In this document: in pieces, positions 34,410-49,300 of the stretch | Layout: each line of letters opens with the position of its first letter | How positions within the stretch are numbered: position 1 is the first letter of the stretch | NCBI GenBank assembly: GCA_000934665.2 | Contig: JYFJ02000634.1 | Span: forward strand, 1 to 64,000 | DNA from: Catajapyx aquilonaris | Lineage: Eukaryota | Reading direction: 5' to 3' | Length of the DNA stretch: 64,000 nt | Program-made: the position numbers and the translations under genes | Notes under the pieces: model-generated | The model's database searches: none | What the model saw: only the letters and a program-made list of their open reading frames with translations | Told to the model about the DNA's origin: nothing

Positions 34410-37214
34410 TTCTTGCAACCAGCAACAGCAGAACCGTTCGAGAAGAGATTTGCATCTGAGAAGCGGTTGTCGACGGCATTTGCAGTAGAGGAGGGATTGT
34501 TGCGAGTAATTCCGACACGGTGCACGTTATTTGGTTGGGAGAGAGGCCTTGCGACGACGTGGCCACATTTCAGCAGGGGATGCGACATCTTGACAACCAA
34601 AATCCTTTTCCAAATTTGTAGAGCAAGCAGCATCCTGGCGACCAAGGCCGCCACTCTGCTGCGCTCCTTTTTCTTTGAATTCGCTCGCCATACTCTTTCC
34701 CTTCTCTTATTTTTATATTTTTTTCTCCTTTCCCCACATCCGGAAGAAGTAATGGAAAGGCTGGTTTGGGAAGCAGACAGTCGTTTCCCGGATATGGGCC
34801 TAATAGGCTCTCGCCTGCCTGCCTGCCTACATCCAAGCTTATCTTGTTCTCCAGGGAAGGTACACATATCTTTTTTCCCTCCGGCGCAGAACAAAATGGC
34901 AGCCAGCTACACAATGTCGTCCCCTAGAGGGGTGTTTGGCACACGTCACTACCGTCGGATCCATGCATCACACATCGCCCTGCCGCATCTGGCAACAGCG
35001 CACAATTTCCCAAGAGGCGCCCCGCAAATAGTCGCGCGTCCAAATTGACTATAGAATTCATAGTTGTCGTGAGGTAGGTCAATCCGTGGGCGGAAACGGA
35101 AGCGGGAGGATGTTACCTGCCCTATCTATCCTTGTATATCGACTTTCGCAAACAGGGCCAAAAGAGCAGGGGGGGAAAGAAAAAGAATTGAGAGTTACGA
35201 GAGGCCCGGTACGTGACGAAACTGGAAGCAAAAACCCTTGTCTGATAGGAAGCCTCCCCAGTTACATCCTCCAATCTAATTTACAGCCCGAGTCCTACAA
35301 AGACTTGTATGTACGTGCCACGTACACCGTGCTTTAGAAGCGACGACGACGAGCTAACTCGTCCGACAAGAATGAGATCTTAACGATGCTCCTGCGAATT
35401 CTAGACGCATTCATCGAGGTAAATACGACCCTTAATTTACGTGCAATTTGCATGATTCACGACGTGAAGGCAGCTGTAAACAACTGTGCAACACCAGGGG
35501 TCGAAATATCCGGATGCAAAGGTGCAATTTGCACTTCAAAATAGTCGAGTGCACTCCTAACCGAGGCTTTGGAGGACTATGTTGGCACTTTTTTTAAACT
35601 TTTTTTAAACATAGCTTAATACAATAATTAAAAATTAAGCACTCTAATTAAGCAATTTGCACTCCAGATGAAAACCTGGAGTGCAAACTTTGCTTCTGGA
35701 CAAAATATAATAGTATTCAAAAATCGACCCTCAGCGCCTCCATTTTATTGGTGCGCATTGCTCGTTGCCATGTCAGGTTCTACACGGTGTGTCAAAAGTA
35801 GGCTACAAGCGTGATACCACAGATATGCGACACAATTCTGAGTCGAAAAGTCATCTGGCATTTTGTCGTAAAAAATTGCGCCGATGCGATCCAAATCGTC
35901 GTTATTTATAGAAATTCTTTTGTACTAAACGAGTCGCTCCGAATAATCCGATATGAATTATTCGTACTTTGAGGTCGTGCAGATACGTTTTCATATTGTA
36001 AGGGTAGATTGATCCGAGTTATTTTTGGAGCAAAAGTGCAGTGCGGATGAATAACGGCGGATTTTTTTTACGGTGCGGTATTGCACCAAATAGTCGCTCG
36101 GAATTCACGGAAATGTCACTCTAATTGTTCGCAAATTAACTGAAAAATTTAATGCGACACTCAGCCATAAACATTCAGACTGACGGTTACAAGTGTAAAG
36201 TATTTCGCGATTAAAGTGTCCCCCCGAATCCTGTGTAACACCCGGTGTGTCCAGGCTGCTTTTTAAAACGGAGCCTGAGGCTCTGAAAGTTCTGGAGTGA
36301 AAAAGTCCGAGGTGCGAATCTCTGGAAAATCCTGGAGGCAGCATATCTTCCAGTGTTCCATTTCCCACACTACCCAACAGAAAAAACTCGTAAATCTCTA
36401 GAGTCCAATCGGCGACCTTGGCCGACAACTTCTTAGCCAAAAAGTCCCTCCCCGATTATTTCTTCCAGCTTTTTCTCCACCCCACTTTTTTTTGTAGCGT
36501 CTCCAGCAACACCTCCAGGAAACAAGTTTGTCTCCAGCAGTGGGTGGAAGTAAAGTGGCGCCATCTGCGACGCTGACACTTTATCTTATTCGCCTCTCGC
36601 CTCCAATTCTAGCCCCAGATAGATGGGAGGAAAAACAAGGCGGGCTGGTCCCTGCTTTTCCAGCAGTCACATTTGGGTCTTCCTGGACACACAATCCGTA
36701 TGACTGAGGCTTTTCCAGGACGGGCTGGATTCCCGGTTAATCCCCGTCCTCCGCATGCACTTATTATGATTCCGGGCTCTTCTCCGGAGGCATCCGCATC
36801 CGACCCAATCCCACGCTGCACTTGCCAAAAGGATTATCGCCGACAACCAATTAAACTTGGCCTCCTCCTCCTCCTCCCTCCAAAACTTGCTCCAGCAAAC
36901 TTTTGGCCCCTCCGCAGCAATAGTAGTATCGCTCCCCCGACTATCTCCCTCCGCATCTAGCCTATCTGCGGTGGAATATCCGCCAGCCCGGAACCAGATA
37001 GAAATGTACCGCAGCTGCAGGCACACCCGGATTCTACGCTTTTTCGACCTACATGTCGGGGGAAGGATTACGTGTTTGGAGATAAGAGACGGCTGGTTGA
37101 TTGGCCATCGTTTCGATAAGTCACTTGCCACGATTGGACGGCCGACACAAACGATTATGACAGACGGGAATGGACCGGGAAAGAACGGAACGGTCTGGAA
37201 CAGCAGGAGAAACA

Positions 37215-37716
37215 CACTGGTCAGATAAGGTCGTATAAAGATGAGGTTATGTATTTACGTTAGGTCCTGTTAAGTTAGGTCTGGTAAAGTTAGTTTAGAG
37301 TTAGATCAGTTCGGGTTAGGTTAATGTGTCAGGTTAGAGTATGGTCAGATTAGGTCAGAAAAATATAAGATCATGTTCGGTCTGGTTAAGTTCAAATATC
37401 AGTTCAGGGTCAGTTTGGTAACGTCAGGTTAGGATCAGATTAGGCCAGATTGGGATCAGATTATGTCGGAATCAGTCAGATAAAGATAAAGTTATGTTAG
37501 GCCTGGTTATGGTTAGGCCACGTTCCGGTTACGTTAAGGTAGGGTTAGGGTCAGATCAGGTCAGATTGGGCCTGGTTAGATAAAGAAAAGGTTCTGTCAG
37601 GTATGGTTAAGTTACGTTATGGTTAGGTCACGTCGGATTCGGCCAGGTTAGGATCAGATCAGGCCAGATTGGGTCAGGTTAGGTAAGGTTTGGTTAAGTT
37701 TAGGTTAGGTTAGGTT
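37215..37716. repeat. Degenerate pentamer array (GGTTA/GGTCA/GATCA), TTAGG-like
   Basis: 5-bp periodicity ending in taggttaggttaggtt. Confidence 0.85.
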
Positions 37717-40700
37717 TGAGGCTGTGTAGTGTTTTTCTAGAACCCAAAACGGCTCAAAATCGTTCGGAAAGTGTGCCGAGTGATTCTGGTTCGATCTTGT
37801 TCGTGGCATGATTGGCCAGGCAAGTTCCATTTGACGCCCGTGTGCCCGCCGACCTGGCCCACCTTATGAAGTGAAAAGCCATCAGGCAAGCGGCATCGGC
37901 ACTCCAGATATTGCCTATTTGATCAATACTCCTTTTCCCCGGGGCCCATCATAAGGCCCATGTAATATGTGGTGCCGCAATGATGGGCGTGAGTGCACAT
38001 AAGATCAGCCCCCCCGATCCTCGGGCACGTGATCCAGACGAATGAATCGGAATTGGGGGGCCAAGGAGGCAGCAAAGGCAGGCAGGGCTCGGCTGGCTTT
38101 CCAAGAAGAGCGAGAAATTCCTCTCTCCAAATGGGCCAAATGAGATCCCGGAAATTCCGGAGTAGAGGAGATGAGGAGGCCCCAGCCAATCAGGGCCAGG
38201 CCTCCAGTCGAGACACGTCATTATTCGGTTATCCATCAAGCCCGCTCCGGGGCGCCAAGGACAAATCACTCGCAAACAATAGGGCATACAGTCCAGGAAA
38301 AGGCAAGCTGACAATAGAGAAAACATCGAATCAATTGAAAAAATATTCAAGGGCGGCTAGATGGACAAAGACACAGTGTCATGGCCACCGATTAGCTTCA
38401 GGCCTTGTAATCCGGACATCTGAATGAGAAAAACTGTCTCATCCATCCATCACTTGTTTCTTCTTCTTTTTTTTTGGGTGGATGGTCCGCAGCGAGATTG
38501 TTGCGATTGGACAAACAAGAGTCGACGTCGTAGTTGGGTCCTTCCCTAAGTAAGCTGGAGCAGCGTGAGAGTTTTGGAATGATCCCCGACATGTGCCAGC
38601 GATCGAGGAATGTTGTCTCTCTTTGAGGTTCCGGCGCCAGAGGCCTGCGATGCTGCCTACTACTTTCTTATTCGTGGGAACTTGGCCAAAACGATTCCGA
38701 GCGGTGTGGCCTTCCTTTCCTTCATGCCAATTTTCCCGCCATTTTGGCGCCCCCTCTTCCACTCTTCTCCCATCCCATCCCATCCCCCCCTGCCCTACAA
38801 CTGTGATGACTAATGGGCCACTTCTTTCTCGCAGAACAACCTCCATCTACATGTACAGTACATCATTCGGAAGGTCCGACCGCAGACGCCGCATTTGCGC
38901 TACTGCATCTATCCATCTTCGGGAAAAAGGATTTCTTGGCAATCCAGATGCTCGTGTGTTTTAAATTGTTGGAACGGCCATATCTGTATTGTATCGCAGG
39001 GTCGAAACAAACGACCTTCGAGTGTTCCCAGCGTTATCATCTTGTTGTTTTTTTCCTTCTTCGAATTATCTCCTAACCAAATAGTTTAAGTGCAGCCATC
39101 GTGCCGTATATATCATTTACTATCGAGGGATGACAACATTGCAATTGAAGCAACAAGGCCGCCAGTTACGCAGTGGGTTAAGTGGAAGGCTGCTGCCTGG
39201 AGTTGGGCATCTCCAACAACATAATGGGCCGGAGTTATGAGACGATGGATTACTTCCTCCAGTCGCGCATGCGCAATAAATCACGTTTGTCTCCGACTGT
39301 GATTGGTGGCTTAATTCCCCGTTTAGTTTTAAACGACTAGAGAGATAACATTGGCCTCCATGTTGCTAACACAACTCAATAAACATTATTAGCATTATCT
39401 CTTATTATAAAAAATGCAACGTTTGTTAGTTTTTTCCAGGTTTGGTAACCACGGTAACGGATGCACAAACGAACTAACCGAACAATTAAAATATGCAAAT
39501 ACACCATCGTCTCCTTAAAAAAAACACGATTGGCAAATCAGACGAGTGTGATTCGAGTATACTTTTTCTCATTGGGCAGCGAGAAATGAGGCTGACAAAT
39601 CCGATACGATACGACACGATGCGATTCTCATCGAACAACAATGGCATTGATTGTCAGTGGCAAGGAGCCCCGATTTAAACGGCAACATGCCTGTAACTCG
39701 ACCTTGGCGGATAGAGTGAACCCGGAAGACCGGAAGTTGACCTTGGAACCTATCTTGGGTACCCTGAATCCGAATCCGAAATCCGTTTGTCGCTATCTCC
39801 TGCGGTTTAGGCTCTGATCCATGTCCACAGACGGACGGACGGACAGAGCAGTTCTATATGACTTTTTTTCGATGAGAAACAGTCTGAAAAGGACCAACAA
39901 AGAAGGGTTGGACATGTTGAGAAAAATATAATATCGAACGGATACAATATATAGGCCAGGGTGGTTTAAGGAGGTTGAGAGAACGACGGAGTTAATAACT
40001 TTTTTTCCCCCGCCTTGTCCACCCAGTGGAGACGGTGGCAACGGCTGTCACGATTCGAAAAGAAGAGTGTCAGACTAGACAAGTCCGCTGGCAATTTGGC
40101 TGCCAAATTCCTTTTTTATTTCTACCCTAGGAAGGAAGGAAGGAAGCTGCAGCATCCGGACACTCCCACTTTCCCACATCTGCTTCGAGTTGGCCTGCCT
40201 TTAAAGTACAGGTGTAACGTCTAAAAACAGAGGTGACCCAAAGAGTGCCGGATTGAATCGAGTGTGTCTCGAGGGAACATGTGGCATTTGCATATAGCGA
40301 CACACACGTGTCGGTGTGTGTGCCAATGCTGCGACAGAGTCAACCGCTTTTGATGTGTGTCCCCCCCACTAGCTCCGAGCAAACAGGAGAGACGCCGACG
40401 ACGCCCTGCTTGTCGGAATCCATTTCCAGCAAGGGAGGAGAAAATGCGTCGGGGGTCCAGCCTGCTGCTCCGTGTCAGAAAGGAAGAGGAGCCTCTGATT
40501 GGCCCTGACTGTTCCGATTGGGCAGCAGCGTGGCGTCGGAGCGATTTAGCGCAAACACCTGGCAAGGACAGGCACGCGCCATTTGACATGACTGGTCGCC
40601 TCACCGCGCCAAGGATGCTCCAGGATCATACAAAATTGTCTTACGGAACTAGTACTAGTACGAGCGCAACCGAGTGCACACCACAGTTCGCGCAGCGTGC

Positions 40701-42090
40701 AGGGTTGGCAATATCAATGATTGCTGGCAACTCTCTGTATAGTGGTGCGCTTATTTACAACGCTACGTTTGAGAAGAAGCAAAATGGCCGACGATTCTGG
40801 AACGGACCTATGCTACATGTGTGAATTAATTTTTGGCTCTTGGGAAATAACTCTGGCAACGTTGTGGTCGGAACAGTGGAATTGCGCAACAAAGTTGCCA
40901 GAGTTACTCTCCAGGGACCAAATTCACACCCGTGGCCTCCGAGGTTCGTTACAGAACTTTGGCAACGATGCAAACGGTCATTTTGTCCCCGTATACGTAG
41001 CGTTGGAAATAATCGCATTGAAACATCAAATATAGAACTATCATTGGTAATGCCAACTGTGCAGGCTGCTCACTCAATTGCGTTCGTACGAAAATCCTTC
41101 TATAGCTAGTAAACATAAAAAGGTGACTATAGATAAATTTTTTACGCGCTCAACCGAGTGCGCACCTACTCTCGCGCAGCTCTATCGTGCCGACAACATG
41201 GCTAGTTACTCTCCAGGAGCCAAAAATTTCTTATGTTCGTTCCAGTCTTGGCAACATCGCATATGTCGGCACTCTTGTCCCCCAATCGTAGCGTTGGAAA
41301 TAAGTTCTGCGTAGTATACCCACTATATTTACTTATTTATTTTCATACATCGTGACCTGGCGGAACCTCATGCTGGGGGGCAGTACACCATGGACATGGA
41401 GAGCTTATCGTGGATAATTTTAACATAGCACGCTGCGCAAACTGTGGTGCGCACTCGGTTCCGCTCGTACAAATGTTATGCATAGTTTGGGAACATAAAA
41501 TCGTGACTAACGTTTCCTAATGCGATCCGAGTGTTGCCAAGACACTTTCCGGACAATAATATTTGAGTTGCGCCGCCTGCGTGGGAGATGTTGTCGCGAG
41601 TGGATACATAGTGCGGCTGCCCGACTACTATAATGTAGTGTGGGTGTGTGGTGCACAACTAGTATGAGGTGCGAAAATAACCTCTGGCGGACACACACAC
41701 GCACGGAGGGGCTTGGGGCTTGCCAACATCGGGTCCGCAGGAAGGAAGCATTGCAACAACCCGGTCGTACTACAGGGTCGTGCAGTGCCCCAATTGAGGC
41801 GATAGAAGTGTCGTAAACAGTATCCGGCGCCACAGTCATCAGCAAAAAGTGCAGGTTGCGCCTGGACGCCTTTACTAGTATCTGTAGCGGGCATCTGCAT
41901 TCGTCATGATCCGCATCAGCCTCATCAGAGCGATTGCTGCAGCACCACCACCTCCCGAATGTTTACGGCCCACCCACTCTAGTCTCCCCTTGGGAACGCA
42001 GCCAATCCACATCGGAATCGGACCCTTCATACACACCACCACGACACTCAACCGTCCATTGTAGAATTTTTGTGCACAATACTTAACCGG

Positions 42091-42192
42091 AGGTTAGGTT
42101 AGGAAAGGTTAGGAAAGGTTAGGATAGGTTAGATTAGGTTAGGATAGGTTAGGATAGGTTAGGTTAGGTTAGAATAGGTTAGGTTAGGTTAG
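42091..42192. repeat. Interstitial (TTAGG)n-like array
   Basis: aggtt repeats with variants, 25 nt from the SK exon 4 donor. Confidence 0.9.
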
Positions 42193-42217
42193 CAGTTTGA
42201 GCATAAGAGAAGCTGAC

Positions 42218-42375
42218 CTTAGTGTAGACTCCAGCGCTGGAAAGCTCGTTCTCCATGACCATGACGACGATGCCGAACATCCCGATGACCAGTGCGTAGT
42301 CGCTGATCCTCTTTCTCTTCTCGAATAGGGCCTTCCTCCTTCCCAGCCGGTAGCCCACGTTGGGCTTCTGCTTGC
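42218..42375 (-). CDS. SK: SK exon 4 (pre-S1 and S1)
   Basis: cattctag|GC ... aag|gtcagc; [52 protein letters not shown]; 158 nt, phase 1 to 0. An in-frame alternative acceptor lies 30 nt upstream (cgtag). Confidence 0.95.
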
Positions 42376-43835
42376 CTAGAATGCACGGCCGGCAACCGTT
42401 TAAGTCTACGGGGCGCAGCTAGTCCAATTAGACTCTGCCTCTTTGCCCATACATTCTTGTTCCAACTCACCGACCTCTCCAAGCTCAACAGTGTTACCAG
42501 TAACGAGCGAGGGAAGAGAGGGGAGAAAGAGAAAAAAACACACACAACACACAAAAACGACAACAACAAACACTTGATAGTTGCATAGCATGCACAATAT
42601 TTAGTACCACGCTCAAAACAGCCATTTTGGATCCATCCACTTCGGAACAGCGACAGCCATATTTGATCCAACCCATGGTGACATTTATAGCGAAAATGTG
42701 ACAAATCGCAATAATTGAAGGTTCTAACTGGTCCATTAGCAACTCCCTTCAATTCTTTCTCTACTTGCTCTATAATCGGATCGGCTTAAAAATTTAAAAT
42801 GACGTCATTGACATGCCGGATACAAAATGGCCGCTGGGTCGGAAAATATTTTAACGTCATCTATGTAGGCTTTACCACAGCAACTTGGGGGAGGAAGTGG
42901 CTTCATTTCAATAGTTTACAAAAATAATGCCGATCTAGCGGACATTTTGCATCCAACCTATGGTTATCCTATGGGACATTGAAGGAAACCCTATAATTTA
43001 TAATTTATAAAATTTAAACTGACATCGTGTTTATAGCGTAAACCTTGCCATGGCACCTTGGTCATAAAGAGTGGCCTCATTTCAAGCGTTAAAAAATCAT
43101 ATTTTCCGACCTATCGGCCATATTGTATCCAGCTATCTCCCCCTGCCATTTTGGATCCAGACAAATGTTCTGGGGGCTATCTTGGGCCATTTTGAATCCA
43201 ATGGAGGTCACGTTGGAATTTAGGGCGAATAGAGTGCGCGAAAGGACTGGAGAAGTGTCTTCGTCCTTAACAAGGGGAAATGTAAGTCTTTTTCGGGGTC
43301 GGTGGAGGGTATCGGAGCGATTCCTTTGGAGCCAAGTCCTTCTCTTAAGGAAAAGGTGTGGGCAAGCGAAAGAATAAAGGGGAAAGAGGGGGGTGGTGGG
43401 ATGGAGGAAAAGAATGCGATTCGAGTAAGGCAAGTCTGCCAATTTCCGGGCTCTGCTGCTGCTTCGTCTTTCTCCGGGACGGAAAAATAAGGTTACGTAA
43501 GGCCAAGAATAAGGGAAGAGGAGGAGGAGCCAAGCAGCAGACTATTTCATTTGGCATAGCAGGCAGCTGAGACTCCGACCCAATTAAACTACTTCCGCCA
43601 CAAACCTTCCCCACACTGCGACACTTATTGCTGTTTATTACTCATCAAACACCTGAATGCCGCGCAGGAGGTCGCAAAAATGGGTCGGTCGACACTTGTC
43701 TTGTAACTTTGGAACAAAACTCTGTTCGTCGCTAATCATACGACCTGAACCTGTGTTTATTCGTAATTGCTCGTCATTTCGCACATAGTTATATAAAACC
43801 TGGTTATATTAATTGAAACGAAAAATTTCGTTCGG

Positions 43836-43945
43836 TGCTGGACATTATGCTGTTGTACTGGTGGCGCCACGAGCCGTTGGCGCATTAGCTATCAGTGCAA
43901 ATCGCCCTCTTGCCGCCAATGGCTCGTGGCGCCACCAGTACGACA
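43836..43945. repeat. Palindromic element (MITE-like)
   Basis: gtactggtggcgccacgagccgttggcg / cgccaatggctcgtggcgccaccagtac inverted arms. Confidence 0.7.
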
Positions 43946-46169
43946 CCATTAATGGCCAGCACTGCTAAATTTACAAAAATTGTAAATACTGCGTGGTAAA
44001 TAATTCCTATCGTGTTAAAATTGCGATAATTAATATATAATATCGCATATTAAATGTGGCAATAAAATCGTGATTGACACTGCAATTATTGTAATGCAAA
44101 AATTATTGCAAATTTAAAATGCGAAGGAAATGTCCGTCGCATGATCCTATACATGTACGTAATTGTACTTAGTTAATTAATGGCTGTTCTTAATGATCGG
44201 TTGTGATGCAACAGGCCCTAATATATCAAGTCTTAATCATGCCTTCAAACGACAACAAAAACCACGTAAGTAACCATCAACTTGTCGCGCTGAAAGTGAT
44301 TGACGGCTCTAGTTTGATCCGCGACACGTCATGAAATGTGCAAAAATGACGTCGGGAGATGCCAATTTGCAAGCAGAGCATGATAGTGCTGGGGGAGACC
44401 CTGGGAATCCTGGCACGTGGAAAAAAGAATTTCGCGACACTTTTTTTTTCTGGGTTGCGAAATGTCTCCACTGGCTGGTCCAGGGTGCCCGAAATAAATA
44501 CGGCCCAATTACTCAACCTGTCATACTTGGCTCGCAAACGAGACATACATGACGGCGGTAATGAGGACCAATCAGCGCCCATCCCTTGCTCTCCCTTTTT
44601 TTATATACATTAATGGCAAGCGGGTAAAATTCCGGAGTTTGGTACCGCCATTAAAAAAAAAATCTGGGTCGTTTCGAGCGAGGGAAATGAGAGCGCTTCA
44701 AGTCGAGATAAGAGATACGCAGATAGCATTTAAAGAGAGAAGCACTCACTGCGAGTGGGAAAACTATTGTTAACAACAGTTGATAGATTCCGAACATGTT
44801 GGGTCGATTCTAGCATAGCACCTACTTCCATTAGCCGATATCGTACGGTAACTGTCAGCACTAATAACTATTAACTTAAGACTTTTTCTCATAAAAAGTC
44901 ATATAAAAAATATCTGTCCGTCCGTCTGTGGACTGGTATCAGGGCCTAAACCGCGAGAGATAGCTACAAACGGTTTTCGGATTCGGATTCAGTTAACCAG
45001 CAGTAGGTCTTACGGTCAACTTCCGGCTTTCCGGGTTAACTCTATCGTCCAAGGTCGCGTTTTCTTTGTCACTTTGGCGACGAGAAATGACACTAACGAC
45101 ATTCCATGTCATTGTTGTCCAATTGAGTTTCCTTGGCAAATTGAAAAGTCTACTCGAATCACGCTCGCATGATTTGCCAATCTTGTTGTTAATTATCTAG
45201 CAGCGAAGTCCGTTCTTCGCACGCTGTTTCCGTGGTAATGTAATCAACAACTATCCCCCTTTTTTTTGATCTGGTGGAAACCAAACTTGGGCAAACAAAC
45301 CAACCGACAAACTTTGCATTTTATAATGTAGATGATGATGTGTGGGTAGTACTCGGTTTGTTAGAGCTACCAAAATTTGGCGAATCGTTAAGGAGGAAGG
45401 GAAAAGAAGGTCGCTTTAAGCGAAGATAAATAGATAAGTAGTTAAAGAGAAAAAAGGCATTTGGTGTAAAACTAATAGCTAATAGCAGCTGTTTGCTGAA
45501 CCTAACCTAACCTAATTTCGGGTGGATTCCACCATAGCGGCTAATTATAACGGTGTGGTCATCCGCTTTGTAACTTTTGGGAATAACTGGCTATTTTAAT
45601 TAATATGCGGGCTTTGTTGGCGTTTTTAGAAGGGAAAAAGGAGGTCGCTTAAAGTGAAGAAGATAAATAGATAACATTTAAAGGTAGGGAAAAAGTTGGG
45701 TGGAAACTGCTCTGGGCGAACTAGAGAATAAAAAAAAAGAGAGAGTTGGTGGGTATATATCGACTTTAAGTGGAAGGTGGGGGAAGGTTGGGAGGATGGG
45801 AGGCAAATGCCAGGCAGCACTTAGGGAATGGGGACCTATCCACTTACTTAGTATGAAGGAAGAAAAGGAGGAGGAGGAGGGGCAAAAAAAAAAAGAAAGA
45901 AGATGGCGAAGGAGGCTTTCTCCGCAAACACGCCAAGGGAATCGACATTTTAAATCGCAAACCGGACCCTTGCTAGCCAATTCCTGGTCCCTTAACAAGT
46001 TGGCTACACTGTCCTGTAGGGAATGGCATGCTGACCATACCACACAAAATGTGGATCAGTCGGTGCGTATTTGAGGCCGAGTTATGTTTTGAGCGTGGGT
46101 GTGGCACCGCTTATAAAAAGAAGGTTAATTAGGAGCGCATGCACGTATAAGTAGGTGACCTGGACTGAC

Positions 46170-46323
46170 CTAGTGACCTGGGCTTCTCCTCGGTGTATTT
46201 GGGGAAGTCGGCGTGGACTCCGACCAGGGCCAGTCCGGCTTCTTCGCCGTCCTTGGCCGCCTCCTTCGAGCCCTTCTCCTTCATGGCCGCCGGGATGGAC
46301 AGAGTGGACACGGGTTTGCGCAG
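46170..46323 (-). CDS. SK: SK exon 3 (N-terminal, LRKPVSTLSIPAAMK...EEAGLALVGVHADFPKY)
   Basis: ggtacag|CTG ... tag|gtcagt; 154 nt, phase 0 to 1; resembles the insect SK LRKPVSTLSIP motif. Confidence 0.88.
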
Positions 46324-49300
46324 CTGTACCGGTCACCAATCACCAGTCACCAAACACCATCACAAAATGGGGGGTCGCACGTTAGCTGGACACTCTTTCC
46401 CATCCGCCACTGACCATCATTCCAACACACTCCATCGCACCTTCTCATCTAGGCACTTTTGCTCCTACGCAACTCGTATCCGGCTACGACTATCGTTCGA
46501 GTGACGTCATCTGGCCTTGAAAACGCATTTCGTAGACGTAGCCTAATTGTATGGTTCGTATTCATCATATATAAACATATCCTGTATTTTTCTAAGCAGA
46601 AATGAGCTTAAAGCTCGGCTGATATAAAGTGGCAGTGTGAATGAAGCTTTGAGCTACGTCTACGAGTGTGAACATTCGCCAGCTACGTCCACGAGCCCAA
46701 TCGTAGTTTTTGCTGCTTTACATATCAACTTTAGCATATTGCGCCCTGTTTTGCTCAGCAGAATTGAGCTTCAGTGGCATTGTGAATGAAGCTTTGAGCT
46801 ACGTCTACGAGTGTGAAGCTACGAATCTCAACCCACGACGTCACTCTTAGCCAAGCAGATTTCGCCCAGAAAATGCGATGGATGCAATATATCCCCCCCC
46901 CCCAACAACTCCAGTCCCTCCAATCCATGTAACACATTACAACCAGCTCATTCAACAATGCAAGCACAACAATCAGGGGTTTGCCATCAACACAAACACG
47001 TGCTGCAGGCTACGACCGCATGCTTTTTTATACACCCTCTACATGTATAGCATTAAAAAAGGTGTAGACCGTTCCCCCAATTATATTCTAGTAAGTTGGG
47101 TTAGTGACCTGACCTGGTCCAGTGCAGCACTTTTTTTCGCGAGTATAGCAACCTACGATCTTGATCCTAGACTGGTCAAGAGTCTTCGTGACTGGACAGT
47201 GGACAGTCGTGGGTTGGGAAGAGGGGGACAGGAAGACATATAATCATCCAGGCGTGTGCAGCTGCTCTCCGGAGGAAATGGGCCAATCAGCTAGCGAAGG
47301 AGTTGGATATATAGGATAGGAAGCAAGGTCGCATCTGCCCTTCCAGGTCACGTGTGTACAGTGTTAAATACGCACTTTGTTCACACATAGAATAATAGAC
47401 AGTTATTTTACAACTACGTGAACTTGACTGCCAAAATTTGTCAACACTGCCCGGCTCGCGACCCCACTTGGACATAGCACGATATGCCACAACCAGATGG
47501 CACGCATGTAGGGACAAAGTCACGCCTAGCCAATTCTATGCTCACTTTAAACATCGATTTGCACGGAAAACGAAGGGTTTCGAAACCAATTTTTTCGATC
47601 GTAGATAATGAGCCAATACCAATTGGAATGATTCCAGAATATTGTAGAGGTCAACAAGTATGCATTCCCCCATTCAACCCAATATCGGCAAAATGCTTAA
47701 TGAGAATCTGTTTTTTTTAAACGTACTATTGGCATCTTGCTGTTTGTCTTCCTGTTTGTTCCGCGCGCATAAATGGGTAGACCTTGGAATCGGCAACGTC
47801 GCATGTGAATGTGCCAGCGACACACTGTACTAAAATGTGTCCGTGCACAGTTGCCAGGACGTTACTCCCGTACACTCGCTGCTTATTTAACACGTACAGT
47901 ACACAGTTCAAACAGTAAGACGCAAGGTGCCAACTAATCTTAAATTGGTGCGATTGTTGTCACTTAAACTGCTGTTGGAAAAATTGTCCGTGGGCAAATA
48001 ATACCTGAGAGTCCGCGGGGCCATGGCCGACGACGGGAGGCGTCGGGGGCGTCGCGAGGCCCGCTGGCAGGCTACTGAGACTCTGGCGCCAGTAGCCCCC
48101 CTCATCCTTCCCTCTCCTCCATAACTCAGCGCATGCCCAGTGGCCTCGACGCCTCCGACGCAGCTGACGCTCCCCCCCCCCCTCTTATTTAATTGTGTGG
48201 CCTAAGCTCCTCGTTTGTCCCCCACCGATGACCATGTGTGTCCGGTGCACGCGCTTGTCCCACCTGGACATATGGGCCCCACCCTTCCCTCCAAAAAATT
48301 GTGGGTGCCAGCAAATAACAAGCGAGTGCACAGAGGCAGCCAAATAACCCTCTCCTGGCCCGCCTTCTTAAAAATAAAAAGAGGAACAACAATGCATGGT
48401 CGTATGCATCACCCGACACCGCCCATGCTTGTCCCGCCTGTCCGCATCCATCATCAGGGGGTAACCCGACGCCCCTCATTGGCTAACCGACGGTTTATCC
48501 CGCTTTCACCGTCAGATGCGCCAAGCATAATTTGTAGGGTGTGGATTACACAACGGGGGATTTTTTTTGGCTTGGAAAATCACCTACCTTTTACGTCGTA
48601 CGTGTCAGAGCTTCGGGAATTAACGGAATCCTACCAATCGCTTCTTACAACCAAGTTACATGGACATTTCGTAGCGCTTCATTTCAAAACGTGATGATAT
48701 AGCCCGCTTTCGAATGAGAGATCCAAGTCAGCAGATGGTGCGGTTTAACGCGCTTCGACGGAGAGTGGTCGTATATCAACACTCGTTCAATTTTGAAGCG
48801 CTTTATTGATCGTGTCGAGCAGCAATGGAGTGCTCCTACCTGAAGAACTTTTAACTGGTGCCATGTACGTAACGTGACTCAGACAACTTACTTATTTATA
48901 CTCGTCTAGCAGTCTGGCATCAGTTAAAAGCGCTTCAGGAAGGAGCGCTCCATTGCTGCCGTGTAACTCGTGTAATGCGCGTAATTTCAACGCGTGTTGA
49001 GATGCCTCTCTCCGAGACACGTTACATGGCACTTTTGTAGCTATTTCTATCAGACCGTGTTGATATGGCCCCCTTTCGGTTGAGTTACGCGATTCAACGG
49101 AGAAAGTCATCTCAACGCGCGTTATCACGAGTTACACGGCAGCAATGGAGCGCTCTACTTTGCGCCTCATCCTGAAGCGATTTAAAATGATGCCATAGAA
49201 GGGGATCCCCATATTTACAATCGTCTATGAGCCACGTCATATGACACCATCAAAAGCGCTTCAGGAAGGAGCGCAAGGTAGAGCGCTCCATTGCTGGGTG

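Noticed and set aside
34397..40830. Several 120-210-aa ORFs in the large SK intron
   Set aside because: No domain similarity, overlapping on both strands, and no consistent splice structure.
41705..41839. Alternative SK first exon in intron 4 (MTVAPDTVYD..., phase 0 donor tcc|gtgcgt)
   Set aside because: Weak donor and no recognisable homology; it cannot be supported from sequence alone.
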